Source: Acidobacteriota bacterium (GTDB lineage Bacteria; Acidobacteriota; UBA6911; RPQK01; JADFOI01). Taken from it: DNA of 64,000 bases. Below are positions 1 to 8,111 of this stretch, one piece after another (within the stretch, counting starts at the first letter, position 1; each line of letters starts with the position of its first letter). The position numbers and the translations under genes were made by a program. The notes below the pieces were generated by a model that ran no database searches, had not been told where the DNA came from, and saw nothing but the letters and a program-made list of their open reading frames with translations. The stretch spans positions 2,720,001 to 2,784,000 of the forward strand of contig OY760074.1 of NCBI GenBank assembly GCA_963663035.1. Reading direction: 5' to 3'.

Positions 1-488
1 TGGCCAAACCTGAAAAGGCTAACAAACAAGCCTCGCTGCATTCCGAGGACAAGAATCGGCCCTCAGAGGTCGCTCAACGGACCCGAGTGGTTCTTACTCT
101 GGCCGCCGCAGGGAAATGGATAGGAGGAGGCTGTTAGTGCTCTACTTAAAGTTCTGCCCTTCAGTATCGCGGGCAAACTATTCGACGGCATCCGGCGACA
201 GATCGAGATCGACTTTCCAGCCCAGATCCGCCAATCTCAGAACGCCCGCCGCCTAGAAGAGAAAAGCAACGGTCAGGACGGCCAGCACCCACATACCAGC
301 CGATAGGCATCCAGTAACCTGTACAGGGAAACGGCATCCACACGGTACGAGGATACTCTACGTGGCGCAACACGCGTGGAGAGGATGAGCTAAAGCACGG
401 ATGGCCAAATCGCCGCGGCGGCAGTGAGGAAAAGTACAAGAAGCGTTGAGGAGCCAACCGACTCGATTAACAGGAGATTCTCAACGCG

Positions 489-640
489 CTAGTGTATCGT
501 CGCCCCGCCGCAGCAACGCTTGTATTTCTTGCAAGAACCGCACGGGCACGGATCGTTCTTCCCGATCTTGGGAGTGTGGCTCCGAGGTTCGCTGGTGTAA
601 CCGCCTGCCGCGCGCTGCCGATGGAGCCGAAAGTACCGGT
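489..640 (-). pseudogene. C-terminal remnant of a SEC-C motif protein (YecA/UPF0149-like tail)
   Basis: ORF 489..785 ends ...[26 protein letters not shown], a SEC-C zinc-binding motif; upstream of ~640 the meaningful frame switches to an unrelated Cys-rich ORF. Confidence 0.6.
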
Positions 641-810
641 AGGGGCCTACGATACTCTCGCTGGCACAACGAATGGCACAGCTTTTCCTTCGGAGACGCT
701 TGATAGCGGTGCCCAGCGGCGCGGACTTGCTGTCGTCGCAGTCTCTGTCGACAGGCAACGCTGCAGTAGCGCTGTCCGCGATCACAGCCCAGGCAGATCG
801 TGAACATCAC
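640..810 (-). pseudogene. Fragment of small Cys/Arg-rich ([12 protein letters not shown]) protein of a type often seen beside IS21-like elements
   Basis: [37 protein letters not shown]...[10 protein letters not shown]; homologous to the fragment at ~4650-4795. Confidence 0.45.
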
Positions 811-1334
811 ACCGCACTTGGGTCACAACATGAACGCAGTCTAAGGCCGTTCGGTAGGTCATCTACTCTGGAGATGGGTATACGTGCCACGATAACCCAC
901 GCAGGAATCGTCTTGTATCAAGACCGCGCCTTCGGCGCTGATGATGATGTCAAAAGCCCGCGGAAACTATTTTCTGTAATTTGAGCTCTACCCGGATGGG
1001 AGAGGGATGGGAGGCCCGGAGAGCCGACCGAAGCCGAACTCACCGACCGTCAAGGACAGAGATCTGGGACAGGATTCTCCAAACTGTTTCCCCTCATTGA
1101 ACGTGGGATACATCCCAGCGGTTCACTGAGATTGGCGCGGGCCGGTAGGGGCTCCCCCGAGCTGGCTCATCTGATCGAGTTGAGTGAAGTGGCCCCCCCC
1201 TGCTAGGGAGGTTTGCCATCGCATCAAAGATCGGCAGTCAAGGATTATGGTATCCTTGATATGCTCAGAGAAGAGGACATAGGGTTTCTCACTGTTGAAC
1301 ATTCCATCACGGATGAATTGGAAAGGAAGCGTCG

Positions 1335-2135
1335 TTGAAGATCGCAACACTGAATTTCCATCGATATTTTCTCGTCTTGCTCGCCATCTTGTTCTGGCAT
1401 AGCCCCCTGGGAGCGCAGGATGTTGACGAGGGCGAGTTCTATCTGAATTTTTCCGGATCAGCCGTTTTCCCATACGACCCAAGGGGTCAATTGGACAACA
1501 CCGCATTGAAGGCTGGGACTGGTTTTACAGCGGCCTTCGGCTACGCCTTCAAAGAGGGCTTCTCGACCGAGATGGAATGGGGATACCAGAAAGTCGGTAT
1601 CGATCAGCCCCCCGAAACCTTTTCCCCCGAAACCTTTTTCCAGGGCATTCCCTCGAGGATTGATGTCGGGGGCATCGCAGGCCCCGAAGACTTCCCGTTC
1701 CCCTCTCGCTCCATCGCCGACATTACTTTCAAAATCGACGGAGAAATCAAGACTCAATCCCTCATGGGCAATGTCTACTACCGCTATCCTAAGTGGAGAG
1801 TGAGTCCCTATGCCGGGGTCGGTTTTGGAGCCTTCTTTTATGATAGAACCGTCACCTCCACCGTCACCGTTGAGAACATTGGAATCGGGATCGATCCCAA
1901 CGTTAGCCCCTACCTTGACCTATTCCCACTGCCAGGCAACCTGCCTCCCATATTCACGGGAGGCACGACCACATTCACATACGAGGATTCCCGGTTTGCC
2001 TATCAGATCATGGGAGGCCTCTCGGCCCAGATCTCCCAGCACGTGGAGCTTCACTTTGGCTATCGCTTTCGCTCCAGCCGGGGGGACCCCATCGATTCCG
2101 ACCAGATTGAGAGCGGCCTCCGGTTCCGGTTTTGA
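1335..2135 (+). CDS. Outer-membrane beta-barrel protein (OmpA-like transmembrane/Opa-like)
   Basis: Signal peptide (FLVLLAILFWHSPLGA), alternating beta-strand motifs (GFTAAFGYAF, SPYAGVGFG, FAYQIMGGL, GYRF) and C-terminal GLRFRF. Confidence 0.8.
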   Translation: MKIATLNFHRYFLVLLAILFWHSPLGAQDVDEGEFYLNFSGSAVFPYDPRGQLDNTALKAGTGFTAAFGYAFKEGFSTEMEWGYQKVGIDQPPETFSPETFFQGIPSRIDVGGIAGPEDFPFPSRSIADITFKIDGEIKTQSLMGNVYYRYPKWRVSPYAGVGFGAFFYDRTVTSTVTVENIGIGIDPNVSPYLDLFPLPGNLPPIFTGGTTTFTYEDSRFAYQIMGGLSAQISQHVELHFGYRFRSSRGDPIDSDQIESGLRFRF

Positions 2136-2261
2136 TGCTAACCTGAGAAACGGCTCCCCACCAATTCTCCTACTCATGCCGGGAGCCGGAGTGTTGCACA
2201 ACCGTTCCTTTACGCAATCCCGCCCCGGATGCGAAGCACAACTGAGGTAATCTGTAAGGCC

Positions 2262-2558
2262 ATGAAGAACCAAGGACGTTATCATCACTTGCGCGTGGAC
2301 TGGGTGGGCGAGTCGTCCAGCGAGTCGATCACACTGTGCGGCGGCGAGGGTAAAGACAGCGGGACTGGACAGACACTCTGCCCCAACTGTGCCCAGGTCC
2401 GCGACGCACTGAACGTTTGTGGGTTGGGCCCGGAGAGCCTACGAGAACTATTTGACGCGCTCCGGGTGATCGACCCTTCCGAGGTGAAAGCGAAGATGGA
2501 AGCGCTTCGAGGTCTGGGGATGCAGATGGATATTCAGGATCGGTCGCTACTCAACTAA
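2262..2558 (+). CDS. Hypothetical protein (CxxC)
   Basis: Open frame from ATG 2262 with LCPNC motif; no family recognised. Confidence 0.4.
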   Translation: MKNQGRYHHLRVDWVGESSSESITLCGGEGKDSGTGQTLCPNCAQVRDALNVCGLGPESLRELFDALRVIDPSEVKAKMEALRGLGMQMDIQDRSLLN

Positions 2559-2561
2559 CAG

Positions 2562-2587
2562 AGCGTTGTTGCATGGATCGGGGCGGA
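2562..2587 (-). mobile_element. Orphan IS5-family terminal sequence
   Basis: agcgttgttgcatggatcggggcgga is the exact reverse complement of 43786..43811, the right end of the IS5-family element. Confidence 0.8.
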
Positions 2588-2621
2588 AACGGGACCGGTC
2601 ATCAGATGGCCTCCCAGTAGA

Positions 2622-2649
2622 GAGTAACATAAAGGACGTTATGTTACCT
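2622..2649. other. dif-like (Xer-type) recombination site candidate
   Basis: gagtaacataa-aggacg-ttatgttacct: 11-6-11 geometry, right arm 9/11 to the XerD consensus TTATGTTAAAT. Confidence 0.5.
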
Positions 2650-3190
2650 TAACTAGGGGCACGCAGGATCTGATCCCAAAATCCCGACTGAGTCCGCCGT
2701 TCTGAGGTCGAACCGGGGCTCGGAGGCCTTCGCCAGGCTCAGCGCTTCGGGTGGTAGCTGGCCGGCCAGGTCGACGTAGATCGTCTGGACCACGTCACCC
2801 TGCGGCGGCGTGAGTGCGCCCTCGCTCAGCATCCGCGCATTGGCGAATGTAGATCGGCTCGTCTGTTCGGTCGTCTTCATGCTCGTCGGTCCCACTGCTC
2901 CACCGGATTACGCAGGCCACGGCAGGTCGGCGACCCGCACCAATTCATCGTGGGCATGTCCTAGCATGACGAGCGTGGCGTCGTGAGAGATGGCGGGCGC
3001 GGCAAGGTGGGCGTCGACCTCCGAGAGGAGCTGGTGCAAATGGCGCCAGTGTTCGTCAGTCTCGCCAACGAGTCGGACGGTCGGCTGCTCGACGTATGCA
3101 AGATATAGAATTAGACATGGGATAAGACACACGGAGGCGCTCGCAAGAAGGCACCATCGACCTTATGTCCCAAACGAACGTTTGCGACAC

Positions 3191-3420
3191 ATGCGGATCG
3201 GGTATGCCCGCGTCTCAAAGGCGGATGGTTCCCAGTCGCTGGACCTGCAGCGCGAAGCCCTGCGGGCCGAAGGCATCGACGACCCAGCCAACCTGTACCA
3301 TGACGTCGCGTCCGGCGGACGCGACGATCGGCCAGGACTCGACAGCTGCGTGCGCTGAGGAAGGCGATGTGCTCGTGGTCTGGAAACTCGGCCGTCTCGG
3401 CCGGCCACGCTCACTTGGCG
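3191..3420 (+). pseudogene. Truncated, frameshifted serine recombinase (resolvase/invertase)
   Basis: MRIGYARVSKADGSQSLDLQ...SGGRDDRPGLDSCVR stop, then EGDVLVVWKLGRLGR in another frame; C-terminal half missing. Confidence 0.85.
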
Positions 3421-3445
3421 AGGGTCGCAGCAGATCGCGGCGCCC

Positions 3446-4582
3446 TCACCCGAGCTCGGCGAGCGACAGCACCAGGCGCACCAGGTCCGCCTGCCGCGAG
3501 ATGGAGTGCTTCTGGTAGATCTGCTGCAGGTGCCAGTAGATGGCGGCTTTCGTATGCCCCGTCGCATCGGCCATGTCGCCGACGCTATTGCCTTCCGCCA
3601 ACCAGACCGCCACCTTAGTCTCCGCTGGCGTCAGTTCCAGTGCCGTGGCCACTAGGTCGGGATCGATGCGATGCTGGCGCCCTGGCTCGACAATCAGCAC
3701 CAGCGCGGCAACGTGCCGCGCTCCGTGGTCCGGTTGGGGGCCGCCCACCGGCTTGACGTGCACCACGAACGGCGGCACCACGGACGAGCGGCGGAGCACC
3801 ATCGACCCACTGACAGCGACCGCGCCAGAGGCCGGCAACGCGTCGCCCACCAGCCGTTCGAGACGGACCTGGTCGGCCGGCGCGCGGGCGCGCAGCATCC
3901 CGTTCCGGTCCAACAACCCATCTCCGTGCCGCAGGATGCTCCGGGCGCGGTCGTTCCCCTCCAGGATCCGCCCGCGCCGGTCCAGTTCGAGGACGCCGAT
4001 CCGCGGGTTGTCGAGCAGGGCGGTCACGGTCGTGCTCCGCGCCTCGGCGCGGACCAGCGCCTGCCGGACGCGGACGAACTGCTGGATATGGGGCAGCAGC
4101 CTCTGGACCATCGCGATCCGCGAAGCCCCCCAGCCCTCCGAGTCGACGGGATCGTTCAGGCCCCAGCCGATGTGGGAGCCGTCCAGCCCGGGGAGACGGA
4201 CGTTCAGGCCGTCCTGCATACCGGCCCGGCGCAGCAGCTCGTTGTAGGTCGGTGAGGTCTTCAACTCCTCGGCCGTGTACAGGTCGTTGATGTGCACCAG
4301 GCGACTGACCGGCAGTTTCCGGAAGCGCGGGACCCGTTCGTCGATGGCATGGTAGTGTTCGAGGTACTCGCGCTCCAGATCTTCGCGGCGCTGCCCCCGA
4401 TAGTAGAGCCCGACGAAGAGCCCCCGGATGTCGTTCTTCGGGCCTTCACCGACCATGAGGCCATTGCCTGTGCTGCCGCAGGCCTCGTCGATCAGGGCCG
4501 AGGTGACCGGCCAGCGGGTCTCGTCGAGCATGGCGTCGTACAACGACGCCATGCACCGCTCAAAGGCGTCCTGGTTGTTCAT
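3446..4582 (-). CDS. LuxR-family HTH transcriptional regulator with PAS-like sensor region
   Basis: C-terminal LTPAETKVAVWLAEG...IYWHLQQIYQKHSISRQADLV; PAS-like LDRRGRILEGN segment; likely start MNNQDAF at 4582. Confidence 0.85.
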   Translation of the reverse strand: MNNQDAFERCMASLYDAMLDETRWPVTSALIDEACGSTGNGLMVGEGPKNDIRGLFVGLYYRGQRREDLEREYLEHYHAIDERVPRFRKLPVSRLVHINDLYTAEELKTSPTYNELLRRAGMQDGLNVRLPGLDGSHIGWGLNDPVDSEGWGASRIAMVQRLLPHIQQFVRVRQALVRAEARSTTVTALLDNPRIGVLELDRRGRILEGNDRARSILRHGDGLLDRNGMLRARAPADQVRLERLVGDALPASGAVAVSGSMVLRRSSVVPPFVVHVKPVGGPQPDHGARHVAALVLIVEPGRQHRIDPDLVATALELTPAETKVAVWLAEGNSVGDMADATGHTKAAIYWHLQQIYQKHSISRQADLVRLVLSLAELG

Positions 4583-4649
4583 GATGATTTCCGGCTCTTC
4601 TCTGGACGACGCTCGGGGACGAACGGCACGGAAGTTCGCTCTCGGCGGC

Positions 4650-4795
4650 GACCGGTGCCGGCAAAAAAAGCGGCGGCAACAAGGGCGGGACGCCAACCGG
4701 CGGCACCAGCAACGCCAGGAGGGCCGGCTCGATCACCGCGACCGGCAACGGGATTACCGGGAACGCTGCCGCCGCCGCGTGACGGATCATACTTC
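4650..4795 (+). pseudogene. Second fragment of the Cys/Arg-rich protein family
   Basis: RCRQKKRRQQGRDANRRHQQRQEGRLDHRDRQRDYRERCRRRVTDHTS aligns with 640..810 (-). Confidence 0.45.
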
Positions 4796-4922
4796 CGCCC
4801 GCCGCCCCCGATCCGTCAACATTAAGGAAACATGGACAAAAACGCGAAGAAGGCCGCCATTCGGGCCGTTTGCATCGTGTGTGGGCGCATGCGGCGGTGA
4901 TCGGCCCAGAGAGGGAGAAACG

Positions 4923-5120
4923 ATGTTTGGGAAAAAGAAAAAGGACAAGGCGAAGGATGAATTGGTTTCAGTCGAGACGGAGGAGGAATTTCACGCGGCG
5001 CTCAATCGGGGCGAAGACGTGGAACTCACGCATGAACTCGCTGAAAAGGTTGGCTTGATGGTTGAGGATGTGGGAACCCTCGAAGAAATCAAGGCCGCGA
5101 GATTCGATCCCTACAACTGA
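4923..5120 (+). CDS. Small acidic hypothetical protein, first gene of the conjugative module
   Basis: RBS gagggaga, ATG 4923, 65 aa, 20 bp before ardC. Confidence 0.6.
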   Translation: MFGKKKKDKAKDELVSVETEEEFHAALNRGEDVELTHELAEKVGLMVEDVGTLEEIKAARFDPYN

Positions 5121-5140
5121 GGCAACCGGAGGGAGACGAC

Positions 5141-6235
5141 ATGGCAAAACGGCCAGCGAAGCAAACCCACTATGAGCGGAGCGAGGCATACGCCAAGCAG
5201 GTGAGCGGTGAAATTATCGAGCAGATCAAAAAAGGCACAGCGCCCTGGATGAAGCCCTGGAAGCCGGGGGAACAAATCGGAGCGACGAATGTAGCAACCG
5301 GGAAAGCCTACACCGGAGGGAACAGCCTGTATCTCATGAGCCGTCAGATCAGCGAGGGCCGGGGAGACAACAGGTGGGGGACCTACCGGCAGATCGAGGC
5401 GGCGGGCGGGCAGGTGCGGCGGGGAGAGCAGGGAACGAAAGTCCTGTTCTACCAGAACCGGACGGAGCAACCGGCAAAAGACGAGACAGGGAAGATCCGC
5501 AAGGACAAGGAGGGCAAAACGATCTATGAGGAAACGGAGCGGTCGCAGGCGGTAATGCGTCAGTACACCGTTTTCAATGTGGAGCAGACCGATGGGTTGA
5601 AGTTGCCGCCCAGGGAAGCCGAGGCCACGCCGGAATGGGACACGCACCGGGAGGCTGACAAAGTGCTACGCGCCAGCGGGGCGAAGGTGCAGCACGTCCC
5701 CGGTGGAGACCGGGCTTACTACCGGATGGCCGAGGACAAGATCGTGCTACCGGACCCCTCGCAATTCGCTACGCGCAATGGCTACTACCAGACGGCGCTA
5801 CACGAGGCGGGCCATTCGACCGGCCATCATGACCGCATGAACCGCGACACCCTCAAAGAAGGCATGGCGGCGGGCTTTGGGAGCCCGGAGTATGCCCGCG
5901 AGGAATTGCGGGCGGAGATCAGCGCCATGATGACCGGAGAGCAGGTGGGCGTGGGACACGACCCGCAACGCGGCGCGGCCTACGTTGAGAATTGGGTGGC
6001 GGTGCTGGAAAAAGACCCGCATGAGATTCGCCGGGCGGCGGGTGAGGCGCAGAAGATGACGAATCACCTCATGGACCGGGCGATCGCCCAGGAGCGGGAG
6101 CACCCGACCAAGACCAAGGCCGAGCTTACGCAAGAGTTTTCCCACGCCAGGGGGCCGCAGATCGGCCAGACACCGAAGCAGCCGGTGGCGGCGCTCACGC
6201 AGACGCAAGAGCGCGATATGGGACCGAGCCGATAA
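5141..6235 (+). CDS. ardC: ArdC-family antirestriction ssDNA-binding protein (N-terminal ArdC domain + zincin-like domain)
   Basis: PWMKPW, YTGGN, WGTYRQ, VRRGEQG, YTVFNVEQ, LHEAGHSTGH (HExxH), YAREELRAE motifs. Confidence 0.9.
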   Translation: MAKRPAKQTHYERSEAYAKQVSGEIIEQIKKGTAPWMKPWKPGEQIGATNVATGKAYTGGNSLYLMSRQISEGRGDNRWGTYRQIEAAGGQVRRGEQGTKVLFYQNRTEQPAKDETGKIRKDKEGKTIYEETERSQAVMRQYTVFNVEQTDGLKLPPREAEATPEWDTHREADKVLRASGAKVQHVPGGDRAYYRMAEDKIVLPDPSQFATRNGYYQTALHEAGHSTGHHDRMNRDTLKEGMAAGFGSPEYAREELRAEISAMMTGEQVGVGHDPQRGAAYVENWVAVLEKDPHEIRRAAGEAQKMTNHLMDRAIAQEREHPTKTKAELTQEFSHARGPQIGQTPKQPVAALTQTQERDMGPSR

Positions 6236-6244
6236 GGAGACGCC

Positions 6245-7144
6245 GTGTTCGATCCGCGAGACATAAGCAGCGATCCCCGGAGGCGGACCCCGGAGAAGCC
6301 AAAGCGCGATCGCCTGAAAGAGCGCCAGGAGCGGAAACGCACCGGGAGCCGGGCCGAGTTCGATCCGCGATCCGACCGCGCGGATTTCACGGGCCGCACC
6401 GAGCGGGCCGTGGCAGAGATCGGCATGTATCGGACGGTAGCCTACAAGGATCTATCGGAGGCGCATTTCGAGGGACACCCCTACACCACACGCCGGGCGG
6501 TGGACCGGATGATTCAACAGGGCGACGTGCAGGAGCATACCGCCAAGGGGCCGCAGGGTGGCACCTACAAGGTGCTGACGCTCACCGTTAAGGGAGTCCA
6601 CCGGGCCGAAGTCGCGGCCCAGGACCAAGGGCTTGACAGCGGACAGAAGGCGTGGAGCGGCATGGTCAAATCGGCAGAGCTACAGCATGACACGGCAGTG
6701 TTCCGGGCGGCGCGGGTGGAGCAAGGCAAGCTGATCGAAAAGGGAGCCGTGTTGAAGCGGGTTCGCATCGACGCCGAGTTGAAACGCGAGGTTGCCAGGG
6801 CCTCAGAGACGGCCAGGGTGAAGGGCGGCAAGGAGGCGGCGGACGCGGCGCGGGTGGGAAAAGCGGCGGAGCTGGGCCTACCCGTCAAGGCCGGGAAGGT
6901 CGAATACCCGGACGCGCAACTTGAGTATGACCTCGATGGACGGAGCGGCAGGGTGAATGTGGAGATTGCCACCGAACACTACAGCACTAAGAGCATCGGA
7001 GCGAAGGCAGCGGCGGGCTTCGCCGTGCATGGAAGCAATGGCCGGGCGAAGGCGCGGGTGGCGCGGGCGCTTGGCCGGGACGATGGCAACAGCGGCGGTG
7101 GCGGCGGAGGCAAAGACCGCGATCCCGCCTCATTTGAACTCTAA
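6245..7144 (+). CDS. Hypothetical wHTH + PD-(D/E)xK-like protein, relaxase candidate (Replic_Relax-like)
   Basis: HTH-like segment (TTRRAVDRMIQQGDV...VLTLTVKG), LQHD, YPDAQLEY...VNVEIATEHY; lies between ardC and the virB genes. Confidence 0.55.
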   Translation: MFDPRDISSDPRRRTPEKPKRDRLKERQERKRTGSRAEFDPRSDRADFTGRTERAVAEIGMYRTVAYKDLSEAHFEGHPYTTRRAVDRMIQQGDVQEHTAKGPQGGTYKVLTLTVKGVHRAEVAAQDQGLDSGQKAWSGMVKSAELQHDTAVFRAARVEQGKLIEKGAVLKRVRIDAELKREVARASETARVKGGKEAADAARVGKAAELGLPVKAGKVEYPDAQLEYDLDGRSGRVNVEIATEHYSTKSIGAKAAAGFAVHGSNGRAKARVARALGRDDGNSGGGGGGKDRDPASFEL

Positions 7145-7153
7145 GGAGGACTC

Positions 7154-7477
7154 ATGCAGCCCTGGAAAATCAGCGTGGGACTGACGGCCATCATCTGCGC
7201 CGGGGGCTTGATGCTCGCCGGCGAGGGATTTTCCTGGCTTGCGCCCTACTTTTGGATGGTCCTCACCGATTTCTGGTTCCCCGTCTCATGGTACGCAGGG
7301 CTGGCCCTGGTCACGCTGATGTTTTCGATCTACTCCGGTGCGCGGCTCATGGGCCTTGCCGACATGGGCCGGAAAGTGGATCTGATGGAGCGGTCCATCC
7401 GGCGAGGCGAAGGAGGGCAAGCGGAGCTTGCCGAGAAGATGGAACAAGAGGAACGAGGGGAGTATCCGGGAGCCTAG
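7154..7477 (+). CDS. Small membrane protein
   Basis: RBS aaggagg; 2-3 hydrophobic segments and a charged C-terminus. Confidence 0.65.
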   Translation: MQPWKISVGLTAIICAGGLMLAGEGFSWLAPYFWMVLTDFWFPVSWYAGLALVTLMFSIYSGARLMGLADMGRKVDLMERSIRRGEGGQAELAEKMEQEERGEYPGA

Positions 7478-7517
7478 CCCCGGATCGAGTTTTCAAAACC
7501 GCAAAGGAGATTGAAAT

Positions 7518-7811
7518 ATGACTTTACCTTGCACCGGCGCTGCAAAGCGCGGAATCCTCATCGTGGCGCTGATCGTGGCGTCGTCTACGGAACTACTCGC
7601 CCAGGGTACAAGCCCCTGGCTCCAAGCCATCGACGTGTTGCAACAGGCGTTCACCGGCCCGATAGCGCGAGGGTTGAGTCTGATTGCCATCGTGGTAGGA
7701 GGCTTAATGTTTGCCTTTGGCGAGGGCGGCAGCAAGAAGGCGCTGGCCGGGATCGTCTTCGGGCTTGGCATGGCAATGGGAGCGGCCAACTTCCTAGCTT
7801 GGCTGTTCTGA
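7518..7811 (+). CDS. virB2: VirB2/TrbC-family pilin
   Basis: Signal peptide, SPWLQAI...FTGPIARGLSLIAIVVGGLMFAFGEG; position before virB3/virB4. Confidence 0.9.
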   Translation: MTLPCTGAAKRGILIVALIVASSTELLAQGTSPWLQAIDVLQQAFTGPIARGLSLIAIVVGGLMFAFGEGGSKKALAGIVFGLGMAMGAANFLAWLF

Positions 7812-8107
7812 TGGAGCGCGGCAAGGCGTGGCGCGGATACCCGGCGCTCAGTAAGCCGCTCACCATCATGGGAGTCGAGCGGCGGTGGTTCCTCTTGAGT
7901 GCCACCTTGGGACTCGCCATGTGGAACGCCATCAACTCCATTGTGACCGGCGGGTTGATCTTCGGGGTTTTGTACGCCGTGGGATTTTGGGCCTGGAAGC
8001 AAGACCCCAACATGCTTGAAATCTTGCGGGCGTCGGCCCAGTTTCGCGCCCGCTACGATCCGGGCAAGTGGGCGGCAGCGCCCTGGACCCTCTTGATTCG
8101 GAGATAG
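7811..8107 (+). CDS. virB3: VirB3/TrbD-family protein
   Basis: ALSKPLTIMGVER, two TM helices, KQDP motif; ATG overlaps the virB2 stop. Confidence 0.85.
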   Translation: MERGKAWRGYPALSKPLTIMGVERRWFLLSATLGLAMWNAINSIVTGGLIFGVLYAVGFWAWKQDPNMLEILRASAQFRARYDPGKWAAAPWTLLIRR

Positions 8108-8111
8108 CGGG

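Noticed and set aside
1-480. ncRNA or coding gene at the window start
   Set aside because: No recognisable motif or convincing ORF.
4428-5120. Single 230-aa protein
   Set aside because: It joins antisense LuxR sequence, a Cys/Arg-rich remnant and a 65-aa gene that has its own RBS at 4923.
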